Part shown: piece after piece, positions 1 to 12,793 of the stretch
How positions within the stretch are numbered: position 1 is the first letter of the stretch
Layout of the letters: every line of letters begins with the position of its first letter
Source of the DNA: Takakia lepidozioides
Lineage: Eukaryota > Plantae > Bryophyta
Assembly: GCA_030704615.1 (NCBI GenBank)
Contig: CM060731.1
Span: 77,004,001-77,068,000, forward strand
DNA length: 64,000 nt
Direction: 5' to 3'
The notes under the pieces: model-generated
Told to the model about the DNA's origin: nothing
The model's database searches: none
Seen by the model: the letters and a program-made list of their open reading frames with translations, nothing else
Position numbers and translations under genes: made by a program

Positions 1-1049
1 ATAGACTTGGGCCCATAATCTATTAGAGAATCTTGTATATTGCAAGTAACGAGTTCATATACATCCACTCGACACACGTAGGATATTGACAGATTTGTGA
101 GGATAACAAATTCAGATCTTACTCATATACAGATAAGACATTTATAATGATGCAGAATATAGAACAATTTTCGTAGCAGAAAATGAAACTAGAATACTCT
201 GTCTGTTACTGAGCTTCTGCTAGCGTAGATGGTTGTCACAAGAGAATAATAACACAATCTTAGCACATTGTACACCCTCAGAGTCTCTACATTCATCAAG
301 AATCTGTCCAAGAATGTCATAGCTAGAACTATGAGAAGCCAACAATTTATGGTCATCCACTAACCATTGTGAGATGTTGCTTCCATTAATCTGGTCCTGT
401 GGCGTTCAACATATGGTTGAGGCTCTTTTGGTTTTTTTCTTGTTGAAAGAGATGTTGCAAAGCATCAACGCATCGAAACCCTGTGCGTAGGTAGCCAACA
501 AAGTGAGAGAGACTTGGGATATGCCACTCTTTCATAGCTACCAAGGTCATATTTGCAGATGGATGTTAAAAACCTGTACCACCAAGTAACTTGGCTTGAT
601 CCATCCAATTTCAGTCTTTGTGAACTGAAACATATCTTGGAAGTGAATATAACTTCCCGCATCTACCCCTCAAATGGATAAACAAGTGGTACCTGCCATG
701 AAAGTGTGATATGGGCACAACTCTCCTCATAATATTTTCCCTTCCATAGATATTCATAGAAAAAATCTTTTCTATATTATCTTGAACTTCATCTCTTTCA
801 TTTTTTTAAATAATAAAATACATGTAATAAACCAACCATTGTCACTCTTGAGTTACCCTTTACCATGGCTTTTTGTCCTTTCAATTAAAAAATAATAATC
901 CTATGTTATTTGCACTCCATATTTAAAGAATGAATGTATTAGATATTAGTTACAATTCCCCTTTTAAATGCATTTTTCAGTTCACAGGGGATAGAGGCAT
1001 GTTGATCAAATTAAAAAGGAGAAAAAAACTCACTTTTTAACAACTCATT

Positions 1050-1415
1050 TCAGGTGGTTTAGTGTCAGCTCTTTCTATTGAGGTTTGTGATATGTCATTA
1101 GAAAGCCCCTTGCATTATCTATCTCTGGGCTGTTGAATCACAGCAACCCAAGATGATGTGGAAAGTGTATGACCCAAAACCTAATCCCCATGCGGTTTGC
1201 TTTCTTTTTTCATGGCAGTTTGAGTATGCTTCAGGTTCTGGCCTGTAGTTTAGTGTCGGGGCTCTGTTTGTGATATGTCATTAGAAATCTACTTGCCTTA
1301 TCTAGGTCTAATATGTTGAATCACATAAAGCGAAGGTGATATGAAAATTCTATGACCCACAACCTGGAGCCCCTTCAATTTGCTTTGTCTTCTCATGGCA
1401 GTTTAAGTATGCTTC
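1050..1415. repeat. Diverged tandem duplication (~190-bp unit), probably TE subterminal repeat
   Basis: Block tgatatgtcattagaaa...tgttgaatcac...tatgaccca...catggcagttt-agtatgcttca occurs at ~1085-1235 and ~1268-1415; a partial third copy lies at ~1470-1505. Confidence 0.7.
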
Positions 1416-2069
1416 ACAATAATTTCCGGCATGTATTTTTCTGCCAATGCCTTCAATTGGGATTTAAGGTATGTCCTTAGAAAGCTACTTCATTATCTAT
1501 CTCTAGAACTCCACGTAACGATCTGGAATTTTTTCACGAACTTACTCAATGTTGTGTACACTTCCAGCCAGACTTACTGCCACTATCTCCTAACTGTACA
1601 CCAGCAATTGCAATCTGTTAGCTCACTGTTAGGGCCAGAGGATTAAAAAGCTTGCGAGACTGCCTCCACACTGACAGCGAGTGCTCTAGAGATGCCACTA
1701 CACAGCTAATCTACACCCATCATGTCTTTATCTGAATTCATGGATGTCTTTCCTGACCTAGTTTGCTATGTGAATGGCCACGGATACAGAATAGATGTCA
1801 CCAAATTCTTGTTCTAAAATAGTCTGGACGGGCTGAGTAATTCTAGTATACAGACGAACTTGAAAGGGAAGGAAGTACCTTCATGAGTATGGCATCACCC
1901 GAGCTTGCTGTTATCCAGTATAGTCTCATGCAGGTGCTGCCAAGAGTCCATGAAAATTTTGTCCTGGTTGAGTAAAAGCAGCGCTGCCAGCGACAACCCC
2001 CGTCCTCACCGTTCACAAAATACCCTTGCTCAATGGCCCATAAGGACGCTCTGTCCTCCCTCGCTGATG

Positions 2070-2235
2070 GGCAGCGAGGAACACAACCACAACGAATCGT
2101 CATGCATGGATAATAGACTCGTGAAGCAGTCGATCCAACATGCCCGAATGTAGTAGTTTGCTCGGCATTGCCTGCACTGTAAGCTCTTCTGGGCTTTTGG
2201 CTTATATGGTTTCGGACACATTCAGCAAAAGTGTG
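2070..2235 (-). pseudogene. Decayed PHD-finger-like coding remnant, probably transposon-derived
   Basis: Minus strand reads HFC*MC..KSLQCRQCRANYYIRAC..DDSLWLC then, after a 1-nt shift, PRC. This is a C4HC3 pattern with a stop and an H>Y change. Confidence 0.45.
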
Positions 2236-2729
2236 GCCTTTACCGCCGCCGCCACGCAGCTCATTTTCACGAACTCCACAGCAGTCAGTCTTCTTTGTCT
2301 TTCTTAGACGCATCACGGCTGCTGGGGCTCGCCATTCTCGACCTCGCTCCCCATGTCGCTGTTTGGCATGGTTCTTCTAGTGTATCCTTAGGATAAATTT
2401 GTAGATCAAAACTTCCTTAGTTGTAAAGGCCAAGGTGGTTTCTTGTTTCTTCTGATCTCACACAGCTCATATTTGGCCCGTCTGAACAGAAAGAAAACTC
2501 GAGAAGAGAGCTCTAACGGGAGGACCCGAGCCCTTAGTTCATATTCACATAAATTCCTTCCTAAAAATGAGGATAGTTTCTCCTTGATCTCACACACAGC
2601 TTCAAGTTCCTTTCCTGGAAATCCAACACCATGCAAAAAGGAGAGCATAACTACTTGCCAGGCACCGAGCGGGTGGCCGCCTTATCAGCAGTACAGCTCC
2701 ATCCCATAATTCCATGTTAGGTCACAGAT

Positions 2730-3015
2730 CACTGTCCTCCTCTCTTCCCAATCTGTACAGTTGGTTCACGCAATTTCCCTGAGTAATGTACTAGTGTGAA
2801 ATCTCTCCACCAACGTCAGGTGACGGATCATCGCTGAGGGAGCGCTGTCCACTTCCCTTTCCAATCTGCACCGTGGGGTCACGCAATTTTCCTGAGTAAA
2901 TGTGTTGGTGTGATGTCTCTCTCACTAACGTTCGCTGACGGATCGCTGAGAGGTCGCTGTCCTCCTTTTCATTCCAATCTACACGGGACGCAAAATTTTC
3001 CTGAGTGAATGTGCG
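2730..3015. repeat. Tandem repeat, ~113-bp unit, ~2.5 copies
   Basis: Motif ctgtcc...tccaatct...acgcaattt(t)cctgagt..atgt recurs at ~2733, ~2845 and ~2957. Confidence 0.75.
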
Positions 3016-4469
3016 GGAGACGCGACTGAAAGCATTGGAGAGCAAAGAAAGGAAACCTGTATACTTTATACCCGAAAGGAAAGCAAGGAAAAGTAAAACA
3101 GAAAGGGGGAAAATCCTTCCATCCCCTCTTTAAGAAAAAACAAACAAAAATGAAAAATCGCTATCATCGACAGGTGTCGAATGGATGAAAAGGACACTAC
3201 ATGACGGATGGATGAAAACGGATGGGCTGAGGGGAGGACGTGGCTGGAGGACGAGAAGCGATGGCGGAAGGAGAAGACACGGCGACCACAGAGAGCGGTG
3301 TCCTGTCAGCGATCACCCGCTGCCCGTTGCGATGGCGATCACTAGCTCGCAATGGCTCATTCATCATCATCTTGGCCTCTTTGCCAGTTTTCATATATAG
3401 GCCCGTGGTTGCAACGATCTGGCTTCATCGCACCTCGAATTTGCCGCTGCAACTGTGGTGCAGTTCGATCTGTGCTCCGAAATTTGGAGTCTGGTGCGTG
3501 TTTTTGCTTCATTGTGGGAGTCTTTGTGTGGAAGAATGTGTGCGATGGCGGGAAGGGTGTTGTTTTTGTGTAAAAGGCTTGCGGGATTGTTGGAAGGATT
3601 CAGGATTGTAACCTACTCAATACATTGAGGTCCTTGCAGAGATTGGCTTTATAAAGCTGAAAACGTACCTACATTATCTTTCTAGCTTCGTTACGTTCAT
3701 CACGTACTTAGGAAATAGGGAGCACCTGATGATTATTCATCATACCGTTGCAATGTCGAACTACGCAGTTGTGAGGCAGCTGGTTTGCACGCAAGGACTT
3801 GTGTGTCTTGCATTTACAACATTCAAATCATAACGACTGTTAATGCGCTGGAAATATCGAGTCGACGCCGAAATTGTAGATTCCGTGTAGCAATTCGCCT
3901 GGCTCCCGCAATAATTCGAATAGGTGTGACTAATCACAAATGTGGCAGGCCTAATTACATGTACTTGCGTATTTTGCTCTCGAATGACTTGGAATGAGCT
4001 CCTACTTTGGGGGAGTCGAATTGGAATTTGTTTTCGGCCCGACTAGAGGAAGAAGGACCGACTGCAATTGGTTAGCATCGCACTTGCTTTTTGTGCAATT
4101 GCGAGCAGCCGACCAATCTAGCTTCACAGGATAAGAGGGAATGAAGGATTAATCTCCTAAGGGGGCAGGCTATATTGGGACAAGCGGACTTCAGGAGCAT
4201 AGTCACGTAGGTTGATTCGATAATAAGATTTAGAGCTGATTCTTACCTCTCGCTTCTAATAATGCACAGAAGCTAGATCGGTTCTTGCGTTTGTAAACAA
4301 AAAAATGTTACACCCTGGGAGTTACTTTTACCTGTCAGGGCATCATTAAGAATATGATTGGATCACTTCTGCTCAAGGCTCATCTCATCCTGTTGTGACA
4401 GAGTTTCCAAGGAGATCTGAAAACCGATTCTATCATTTTCACCATCAACGCTTGCAACAGAGGAGGAGG

Positions 4470-7400
4470 ATGGCTACCATTGCAGCTCCTGCAGGCCAAG
4501 ATTCCTCTAAGAATGGGGCCTTTCCTGAGAGGTCCACAAGGTATACTTAATGCGCAGACTTTCCTTTTTGAGTATACCAGTGGAGTACAAGTAAGTTGAC
4601 TGGTGGACTCTGGTTGAGAGGATTAAGAAGATACGATCAGAAAATTCAGAGCTATCAATTGGGATAATCCTGTAATAGTGTTCACAGAAATTTTTGCAGA
4701 AGTAGAATGTTCTGAAAGGTTTTTTTCACCCAATCACACCATTTTGTTGACATTTTGACAAAGTTCTCCAATCTCAGTTTTTCTTATCTGGACGATGTTC
4801 AATAGCAGTGCCCCACTGAAAAACTTGTATGTTGTTTCAGTAGCTTTGCTTCTTATTGTAATAAACATAGGAGAAAGAATAGTCTGAAACTCAGAAGCAC
4901 CAATCATGACTATGGCTACCAGGTGCCGTTACTTGGACAGTGGAATTCTGCGGAATCCATTTTTCCATTGGAATCCAGCAAACATTGTATTAGAGAATGG
5001 AACACAAGGCACATGCCATGATGATCTCGTGTCCAAGCCAAAATTCTGTCTACACCCAGTATCAGTGAATATCAAACACCCAAGCTGCAGGTTGAGTTCC
5101 AGTACTGGAAGGTCATCTACAATACTTGTTGGTAAGAACAACCCTGTGTCTAACTGGCGGTAGCAGATCTATTTTTGGCTGAAACTGTCTCATTGGCGAG
5201 CGAAAAGGAGTGGGGGATGCAGGAAGGTGGTGGAGCATGTTGTGCTGTTTCAAATGAAGGATGACTTGACAGAGGAGCAAGAGAAAGACATGCTAGACCA
5301 TCTCTACTCTCTGCAATATCAGCTCAAAGGCATTATTGCCATCTCATTAGGTGCAATATAAAGTCACTGGGCACCATGAATTTAGCTTCGTTTCTGTGTT
5401 GGATCATTTGTGATGTGGTTTGTATATTTGAATTATCTTCTGCTGTTTTTAGTCTGTACTTGCCATGACCAAGCATATAATAGTCCCCAGTAGTGATTGT
5501 CTTTGAAAAGGAGTGAGGGGTGGTACTCTCTAAGAGGTGCTAGGTGGCGAGGGGGGCAGGCAGAGTGCTAGGAAGGGCTCCTGAAGGTGTGACCCATGCA
5601 CTTTTTGAACGATTTTCATCAAAGGAGTTGCTTGAACAGTACATGCAGCATCCGACTCGCTGGAAAGTTGCTAATGAGCTTATTATTCCTTACTACAGTG
5701 TAAGCTTCTCTATCTTCTAGGCTCTGGACTGGGAGGGAGGTGGGTGGTAACAATCTGATGGGAAAAATGTTCCCAATTTATTGGAAATTTTGGGCAAAGT
5801 TTCACTGGTGTTATCTTCTGGGCCTGAGCCATTTCTTATGTTAGGCCTGTCCCCTTTCATGTCGGACCCAGAAGTTATACCCATCAAGATTCCATTGTTA
5901 CGACACTGCAAAACAGACAACTGAGATCTGCTGCTTCTTGAAGAGGACTGCAGCTTTTGATGTTTTAGTCCAATCATCATTAGGGCAAGCTGCAGTGTCG
6001 TGGACCATGATTGCTTAGGCGAGAGCTTGGCAAATTTTATCTCAAAGAATCACTTGGTTTGGTGGGAGGTCGATTACAGGAATACTACTGAGCATTAGGT
6101 TGATGAATCAGGTACACGAGGTCAGGTTGGGAGGCTTACAAAATGCAGGGATGGGCTGGATGTGCAGGGATTGATAATGGTTGACTTTGAGGCCGAGGTC
6201 GAAGATGACATTGAACAGCTATTTAGGCGTGGTGATGTAAGTGTCAATTCTGAAGTTGTAGCCTTAGAATTTCCCATGCTTCACTGTTTCAAGGATCCAG
6301 TTGCTTGGCCAGAATCATGGTGGTCAGAGGTGTGTGAAAGCAAGGATTAGCTGATGAAGTTTGAAGAGTGACAGGGGTTTCAACAAGGGATTGAGCATTT
6401 GGTGCTCTTAAAGTTGAAAGAAGGTGCCAGCGAAGCAGCGGTCAATAGAATGTTACAGGCCTTCAATGGACTATCTCAGGAGCTGGGCTCTTCAATCCTT
6501 GTCCAACTCACCACAGGTGAAGTTCCCACCTCCCAGGCTTTTTTTTGGCTGCAAGAGTTTGATCTTGTACGCTTGAAGTCATCGTACATCTGAACCTGCT
6601 TACTTGGAAATAAGAAGGATTTCTAATTCCTGGCAAATGGTTCATTCGGGTTCCTGCACATAGCCTTAGGGGCCTTCAGTGTGTGGTAATATTTGCAAAG
6701 CCTACATAACCATTTTGATCGTTTTACAGCCAGCCAGGGTAGGGGAGCACCTTGGGGTTTAGTGAGATGCAGGGGGTGGGGGGGAAGCTGGGCTTAGGTT
6801 TTCCAATGTTAACATAAATGATGGGACACCCTTTTGAATTCTGGTGATGTGGTGTACTGAGGGAGGCGAGTCGCTTCCCAAATGTCACTGGTTGATGATT
6901 CAGGATACTGGTTCAAGTACTGATTTGGTAGAGTTTGGGCTGTCTTGCAGGGACTAATTTTTCTCGTCTAAACAGAGGCTATACACATGGTGTTGTCGCC
7001 CGCCTACCTTCAGGTTTGTTTTGGGTTAAGTTCTCCACTGTTTTAGTTCCTCCAGGAAGCCTCCAGGCTTCCTGGAGGCATCATAAAAGAGTAGTGTCTT
7101 GAAAGTTCTGATTTTCATTTTCAGGTCTTGTTTCCTTTGCTTTTGTACCTCTCCCCCTCTCTTCTCCGTTTATTCTGTGGTGAAGGAAACAAGTAAAGAA
7201 GCAATACTTGTTTGCGGTAGTTGAAGTTAAGTTGCTTTGGATTGTTGATCCGTTGCCATTGCCTTGGTGTACTCCTGTTAGTAAGGTGAGTACATTCGGC
7301 AAGCTTAGAACACAAAATTATCTTGTGCTAGGGACATGTCAAGTGTCTATGCTACATTAGCCATATCTTCAGGCGTCTGCACATCCTTGTGTTTGCAAGG

Positions 7401-8068
7401 CTCGAGATATTCAAATTACAGCTCCATGCTCACTGTTATGGGTATGATGTTGGTTGATTGCAGAAGAGGCATTGGATGCGTTCAGCAAGCATCCTGCTTA
7501 TGTCAAGGTGAGGTCAACTTTCTTTGGTATGCTCATTCATTGTCCTCCAGGGAAACATGCAAGGTAATGCCTTTCAAGTCTGTTTCTAAGAATGTGAAGG
7601 CTGTAGAAGTTTTCGTTGCATCCAAGCTTTTACGAGATAGTTCCATGGTTAGGGCATTCTGAGCAAATGACTGCTGGTCATGGATTGGAATCCAAATTGT
7701 GGGCTAAGAGTAGGTTACTAGGTAGTGCACTGAGCTTTACCTTACCAATTTGTATACATAAGGGCTTCTGAGGCAATAAACATCCTGGAGGGAAAAGGTC
7801 TTGCCTACTCTGTGTCACTGTTGAATAGCCTCGGGATATTAGCCCTGATGGTCATGCTCCTCTCTCTTGTTGCTATCTGGAAGGAGATGGTTTTGAAGCA
7901 ACTGCCCTAGCATACAATTTTCATGAATATTGAAATACCTTCCTCAATTTTTTTAAGCTTTTGTTTTCATGTTGGATGCAGGTGTTCACAGAGAATGTGC
8001 TGCCAATCAGTGCAGGAATTCTGTCGGCTGATTATTACATTAACCCAGTGGGTACAACTGCTCTGTAA
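4470..8068 (+). CDS. Stress-response A/B barrel protein with two tandem Dabb domains (UP3-like), 247 aa, 8 exons
   Basis: GT-AG exons 4470-4540, 5223-5350, 5560-5699, 6168-6236, 6375-6516, 6951-7013, 7464-7507 and 7982-8068 splice in frame. Dabb motifs VVEHVVLFQMK..GVTHALFERF..YMQHP and IEHLVLLKLK..GTNFS..GYTHG..HPAY are present. Confidence 0.9.
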
Positions 8069-8571
8069 ATGGAGCCAAGCAAAGGAAAGAAACCACAGTA
8101 GTGTCAGGTAGAAAGAGTCTTTCCATTGGAGGATACATCAGAAATTTGTACAAGAGTTCCAATATGTTATGTTTTAGTTGTTGCAATCATTGATTGAGGC
8201 CGATGATGTTATTCATTCTTATTCTACTATAATGCATACTTAGGCCTGGGCCACAGCACATTCCAGACAAGGAATGGAGCACTTTTTGGGAATAATAATG
8301 TGAAATGGATGACGTATTGGCAAATGCTGCAAAAGCATTCCACTGATCCTGAACTACGTGTAAGGTAAACATTGTCCTCCTTTTGTCTTCCATCTTGTAA
8401 ATGCTGGTAGATGTTCTTGCTCAGGTTAGACAGTTAGATTCTCATGTGTTGATCACCCAAGTTTCATGACTACACAATTAGAGAGCAGCAATCGGTGGTA
8501 AGGAATGAACGAGAAGGGTGTGAATCGTTTTTAATGACAGTCTCTATCTGCGAACTAGCTGCACACGCATA

Positions 8572-9433
8572 TCAAGTATGAATCTCGGAAGTATTATTGC
8601 ATGTACATACATATGTGCCACTGAAATCTCCATTACCCTCTTGAGGATAGGTCTGGACTGCTACAACGTGGGAGAAGTGCACATTCTCAGCTTCACTGTC
8701 TGGTCCACGAGGGATGATGAGGCCCAACCGGACAGGTATATGACCAGCGGGAACCACTATTGCGCTAGTGTGCGATTCGTCCTCATCGATGTTCACTGTA
8801 GGTGGCTTGTCAACTGTCCATCCTTCCTTCGAGGTTGATGTGAACGTAAGATATTATCAGATTTCCTAACAGGTTGGAGGTATGCGCGAGGACAATCTCT
8901 GTTGCAGGTATATGGCTATTGGGAACGAACATGTTGTCAACTGCATAGGGGATGGTCGGACGTTGTTGGACCAAGTCCACGCACCTCTCGATTTTTGCAC
9001 TATACTGATGTCGAAACGTCGAAACGCTGGTCGACAAGGCCAGGTCAATAGCAATATACCTGTATCAGAGATTGTCCTCATGCATACCTTTAACATGACA
9101 GGAAAGCTGATGATATCTTGCGTGCACATCTACTTCGAAGGATGTGTGCATATCGCACACTGTGATGCAGGTATACTGCTATTGACCTCGCCTCCTTCGA
9201 GAATGCACATGTTGTCTCTGACAGGGCTGCTCGCGATTTCGGTATGGCCGGCTTCGCAGTTGGACGTTGTTGGACCAAGTCCACTTGCCGCTGGATTTCT
9301 GCACTATACTGATGTCGAAACGCTGGTTGACAATCCCACACAGAATCCTGATCGTCATTGTAAAAGCGATCCTCTGTATCCATTGCACATTCTCATGATG
9401 GTGAAGAGCTTGGTGAGCTAGCGTGTCCTCCAT
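8572..9433 (-). pseudogene. Degenerate coding-like sequence with an internal duplication and inversion; product unknown
   Basis: Direct repeat at ~8958-9035 / ~9262-9331 and inverted repeat at ~8824-8921 / ~9046-9142. Paralogous peptides NSHIPATEIVLAHTSNLLGNLIISYVHINLEG and NSNIPVSEIVLMHTFNMTGKLMISCVHIYFEG lie on opposite strands. Confidence 0.35.
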
Positions 9434-11009
9434 TTCCTCCTTCCTAATAAGGTGGTCAAGTACGTATAGCTCTCTAGAAACCGTTCCTCATCAAGACCGG
9501 GCTACAGCCATTGGAAGGTATAAAACTGCTCTTCATAGTTCGTTGTTATTGTTAGATTTCTGAACTGTCAGGTACGTTATTACTGGACATCTCTATACTT
9601 GTCCAATCTTCCTGGTCCTGCTCCATCTGTACGTTATTAATCATAGATAGGTGTCTCTATACTTATCCCAATCTTTCTACTGGCCCTGATCCATCTGAGT
9701 AATTATTGGACATCTCTAGCTAGATGTACATGTCAAATCTTTGTGGTCCTCTTATTCTTTATCTAGAACTACTCTTGATGCCTAATCCTCTTTTGACACC
9801 AAAGTCTTGCATCTGAGCTCTCCTATCCCTTCTTGAACACGGTTAATGAAAAGCATACGTCCCGCAGTGCAGGTGTAGAATGTCGGCCAAATCATCGGAA
9901 CTCAACCTTACGAGCACGATCATAAGGACTACCATTGGAGGACCACTGGTTAGATCGCAACCAGTTTATCATCTCATCATCAGCTCCCCGTCGAACATGA
10001 TCCCTCGCATGATCCATCTACCGGGGACGAGTGAGTCGTATACGTAAGATTCTTCAATGCCTGAGTAGAATCTGTTTTAGAGTGTTTACATTAATTGCAT
10101 TTCACAATAGCGACCGCGGGTTGTAGTAACACTGGGCATCAGTAGTCTTCTTGTTAACATCTGCAGCCTTCCTGCCAATAGCTTTGACACAACACGCGAG
10201 CTCCGAATTCTCCCTGTCCAGAAGCGTTTCTCAATTAGAGACGCAAACTTCACCTCAAGCTTGGAGAGGGCTGTGATCATGCGCCATGACTTGACTTAGC
10301 AGGAATAAGGAGGGAAGGTCACTAATTAGTAATTAAACACCAGGCGCTGTGGTCTATCGGGGGTGTATCCTTAGGCTTGAGCAGCATTTCTTAGAACGGC
10401 TCTCAAGGGGCCGAGATGCAGAACTTCGTCTCTTCATCTCTTCTGGTTCACCAAATGTTACGCACACTGTCCCGAGGGTGATGCACAACATCACACACCA
10501 ACACTTTGCAATGTCTCTCGGAAAATCCTTATTTTATTTCGCTCCTTAGTGGAAAGGAAGAGATCTAGATACTCAATAGTTCCATCTTACACCCTCCGAG
10601 GAGGAAGAAAACAAACTTGTACGAGGCAGGACATGAACCTATCTTTATTTGACTCACTCGCTATTAAACGCTGTTTTCTTTTCCCTAGTCTTTTTTGGGC
10701 GTTACCGCATGCACTTTGTTTCTGTCCACGGTTTGCCATGCCGGAAATCAACAATCTATCTGAGGATATATATAAACAAGTACACCACAACACAGCTCTC
10801 CATATAAACCTTAACTACAACGTTGAACAGTGCAACATAATTCGCAGAGCTCTGAAATACAACAAAAGCGTTACAATAGTCATTTTCTTGTACAAAGTCT
10901 TACACTCCGATCCTTCGGAAAAAGAGTAAACTGACATCACTCAAGATACTGGCCAGGCAGGGGATCCACTAAGTGCTGCTACACTAGACTATGAAGTAAG
11001 GGCTCTGTT

Positions 11010-12398
11010 TCAGTAAATGGCAGGAGGAGGGGGATAAGAATAGACTGGGGTGGTTGGGATGGGAATGTATGGAGGGGGGTTCGCGGTAACTGGGGGGATA
11101 AAACCGGGCACTGTGCCAGGAAAAGCAGGGGGAGGGATGAAGGCGAAAGGGTCGAATGGGGGCGGTGGGGTGCCGAAGATCCCAGCGATGATGGGGCCCA
11201 ACCCAGGGATTTGTAAGAGAGCACGCCCCCTCAGCAGTTTGTCTCCTTCGACAGTCTCAGAGATGGACTGTGCTTGCTGTGCAGACTCACTGTCGAGAAC
11301 TGGGGCTTCCATAGTGTTCTGGACTAGACCCTTGGACGATTTTTTGCAGGAAGCGTGTGCAGTTCTGGGCCGGAAGCTCAGGAATCCCACACTGTATACA
11401 TGCTGCTTTCCAAGCTTCGCCTTGAGGGTGAGTGGAGTGCTGGGGCTCCCATAGCCAGAGTTTGTTGGAATGTTACACCTGGGATGGAGTGGGCTGTTCA
11501 CCAGGGTGGCCTTACACAATCCCAAATCATTTGACTGCCCGAAAATGGTCGAGGGGAGTTCGACCCTGAAAGACCCGTGCTCATCGGTGACACCCCCCAC
11601 CCGTGCAATCACAGCACCATTGTTTGACTTGCACTCAACTTCCACAGCGGCACCTGTTCAAGTCAGGCCAACAGCATGAATGTTAGATTAAATCAACGCC
11701 AAAGAGACTGTTGAGCAGTATTCTAAGATGACATGGAAAGTACAGCTCCAACCCTGGAGTGACTTGCGAAGAAAAGCTGCAGTTTTGGAGAGAGCTCATT
11801 ACCAGGAGCCACAACAACTTCTACGACTCCCTCGAAAATATTCGTGGAGGTGACGCTTCAAGATAGTAGAGTTAACTCGATAAATACATGCAGATTCTCG
11901 AAGCATTATCGGTCGGGTGATAGAGGACATAGACAAATCCAGCATGAAACCACACCTACCGGGATAACTATGCACTTTTAGAAGATCAGACAGGTGGTTC
12001 GCGTTTTCATCACCGACACAGGTGTGACAAAGAGGAGACGGGTGTGCACACAACCGACGCCAGGGCGTGCGTCAGAAGAAGAAAAGCCGAAGAGGAAGAA
12101 CCCACATTTAGAGGACGGGACCGTCGAAATACTAGCTGTGATACTTTGCGGGAGAGATCAGTTGATAGAGAAAACAAGAGTTTCGAGCAATACCCGGAAG
12201 AAGTGCACTGTTCTTGGTGAACTGTCGGTCCAGGCAACGATCGCAGAATGCAGTACCCACTACCGCCACTGAGGCCCCATCCGAGCTCCCAACATCCTTT
12301 TGCAGCCCCGAGTCCGCAATCACAGGTAGAGAGAGGTGGGCGATGCATGCAATGAGCACCAACAGCCCCATGCACACCATAGCTGAGCCTGAAGCCAT
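11010..12398 (-). CDS. Pollen Ole e 1 allergen/extensin-family secreted protein with Pro-rich C-terminus, 282 aa
   Basis: Exons 12398-12194 and 11653-11010 (GT-AG, in frame). Hydrophobic signal peptide, then VVGTAFCDRC..LPGAAVEVEC..GVTDEHGSFRVEL..CKATLVNSP..C (Ole e 1 Cys pattern), then a Pro/Phe/Tyr-rich tail. Confidence 0.9.
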
Positions 12399-12761
12399 CT
12401 TCAGCCAGCAGCGCGCTCACCTCAGATACTTGCAGGACTGCTTGCTCCCTCTTCTATGGAACGCGGGCATTTATGTCAGGGCTTTGGGCGGGACATTTTC
12501 TCTTTACTACGAGGGTCGTGCATGGCTGGAAGCCATAAGTAGACTGACAGGAGCTGGATCACTGCGGCGACTAATTTGAGACTGCACACCAAACACATCC
12601 CTTCCCCTCACCATCCTTCCCGAGTTCCGACCTACAGAACCCATAAACACTTAAGAGACCCTGCATAGTGGACTGCAGGTTATGTGAAGGATGGCTCTGG
12701 CTAGGTTATTTTTCCTCTTTCTCCTCTTGTAGGCTCTGTAAATTCACTGGACGTTAAAGAA

Positions 12762-12793
12762 TCTCTATCTCTATCTCTCTCTATCTATCTCTC
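12762..12793. repeat. (CT/CTAT)n microsatellite upstream of the Ole e 1 gene
   Basis: tctctatctctatctctctctatctatctctc. Confidence 0.7.

Noticed and set aside
11050-12579. Plus-strand ORFs over the Ole e 1 gene
   Set aside because: They are antisense shadows of GC-rich, Pro-rich coding sequence.
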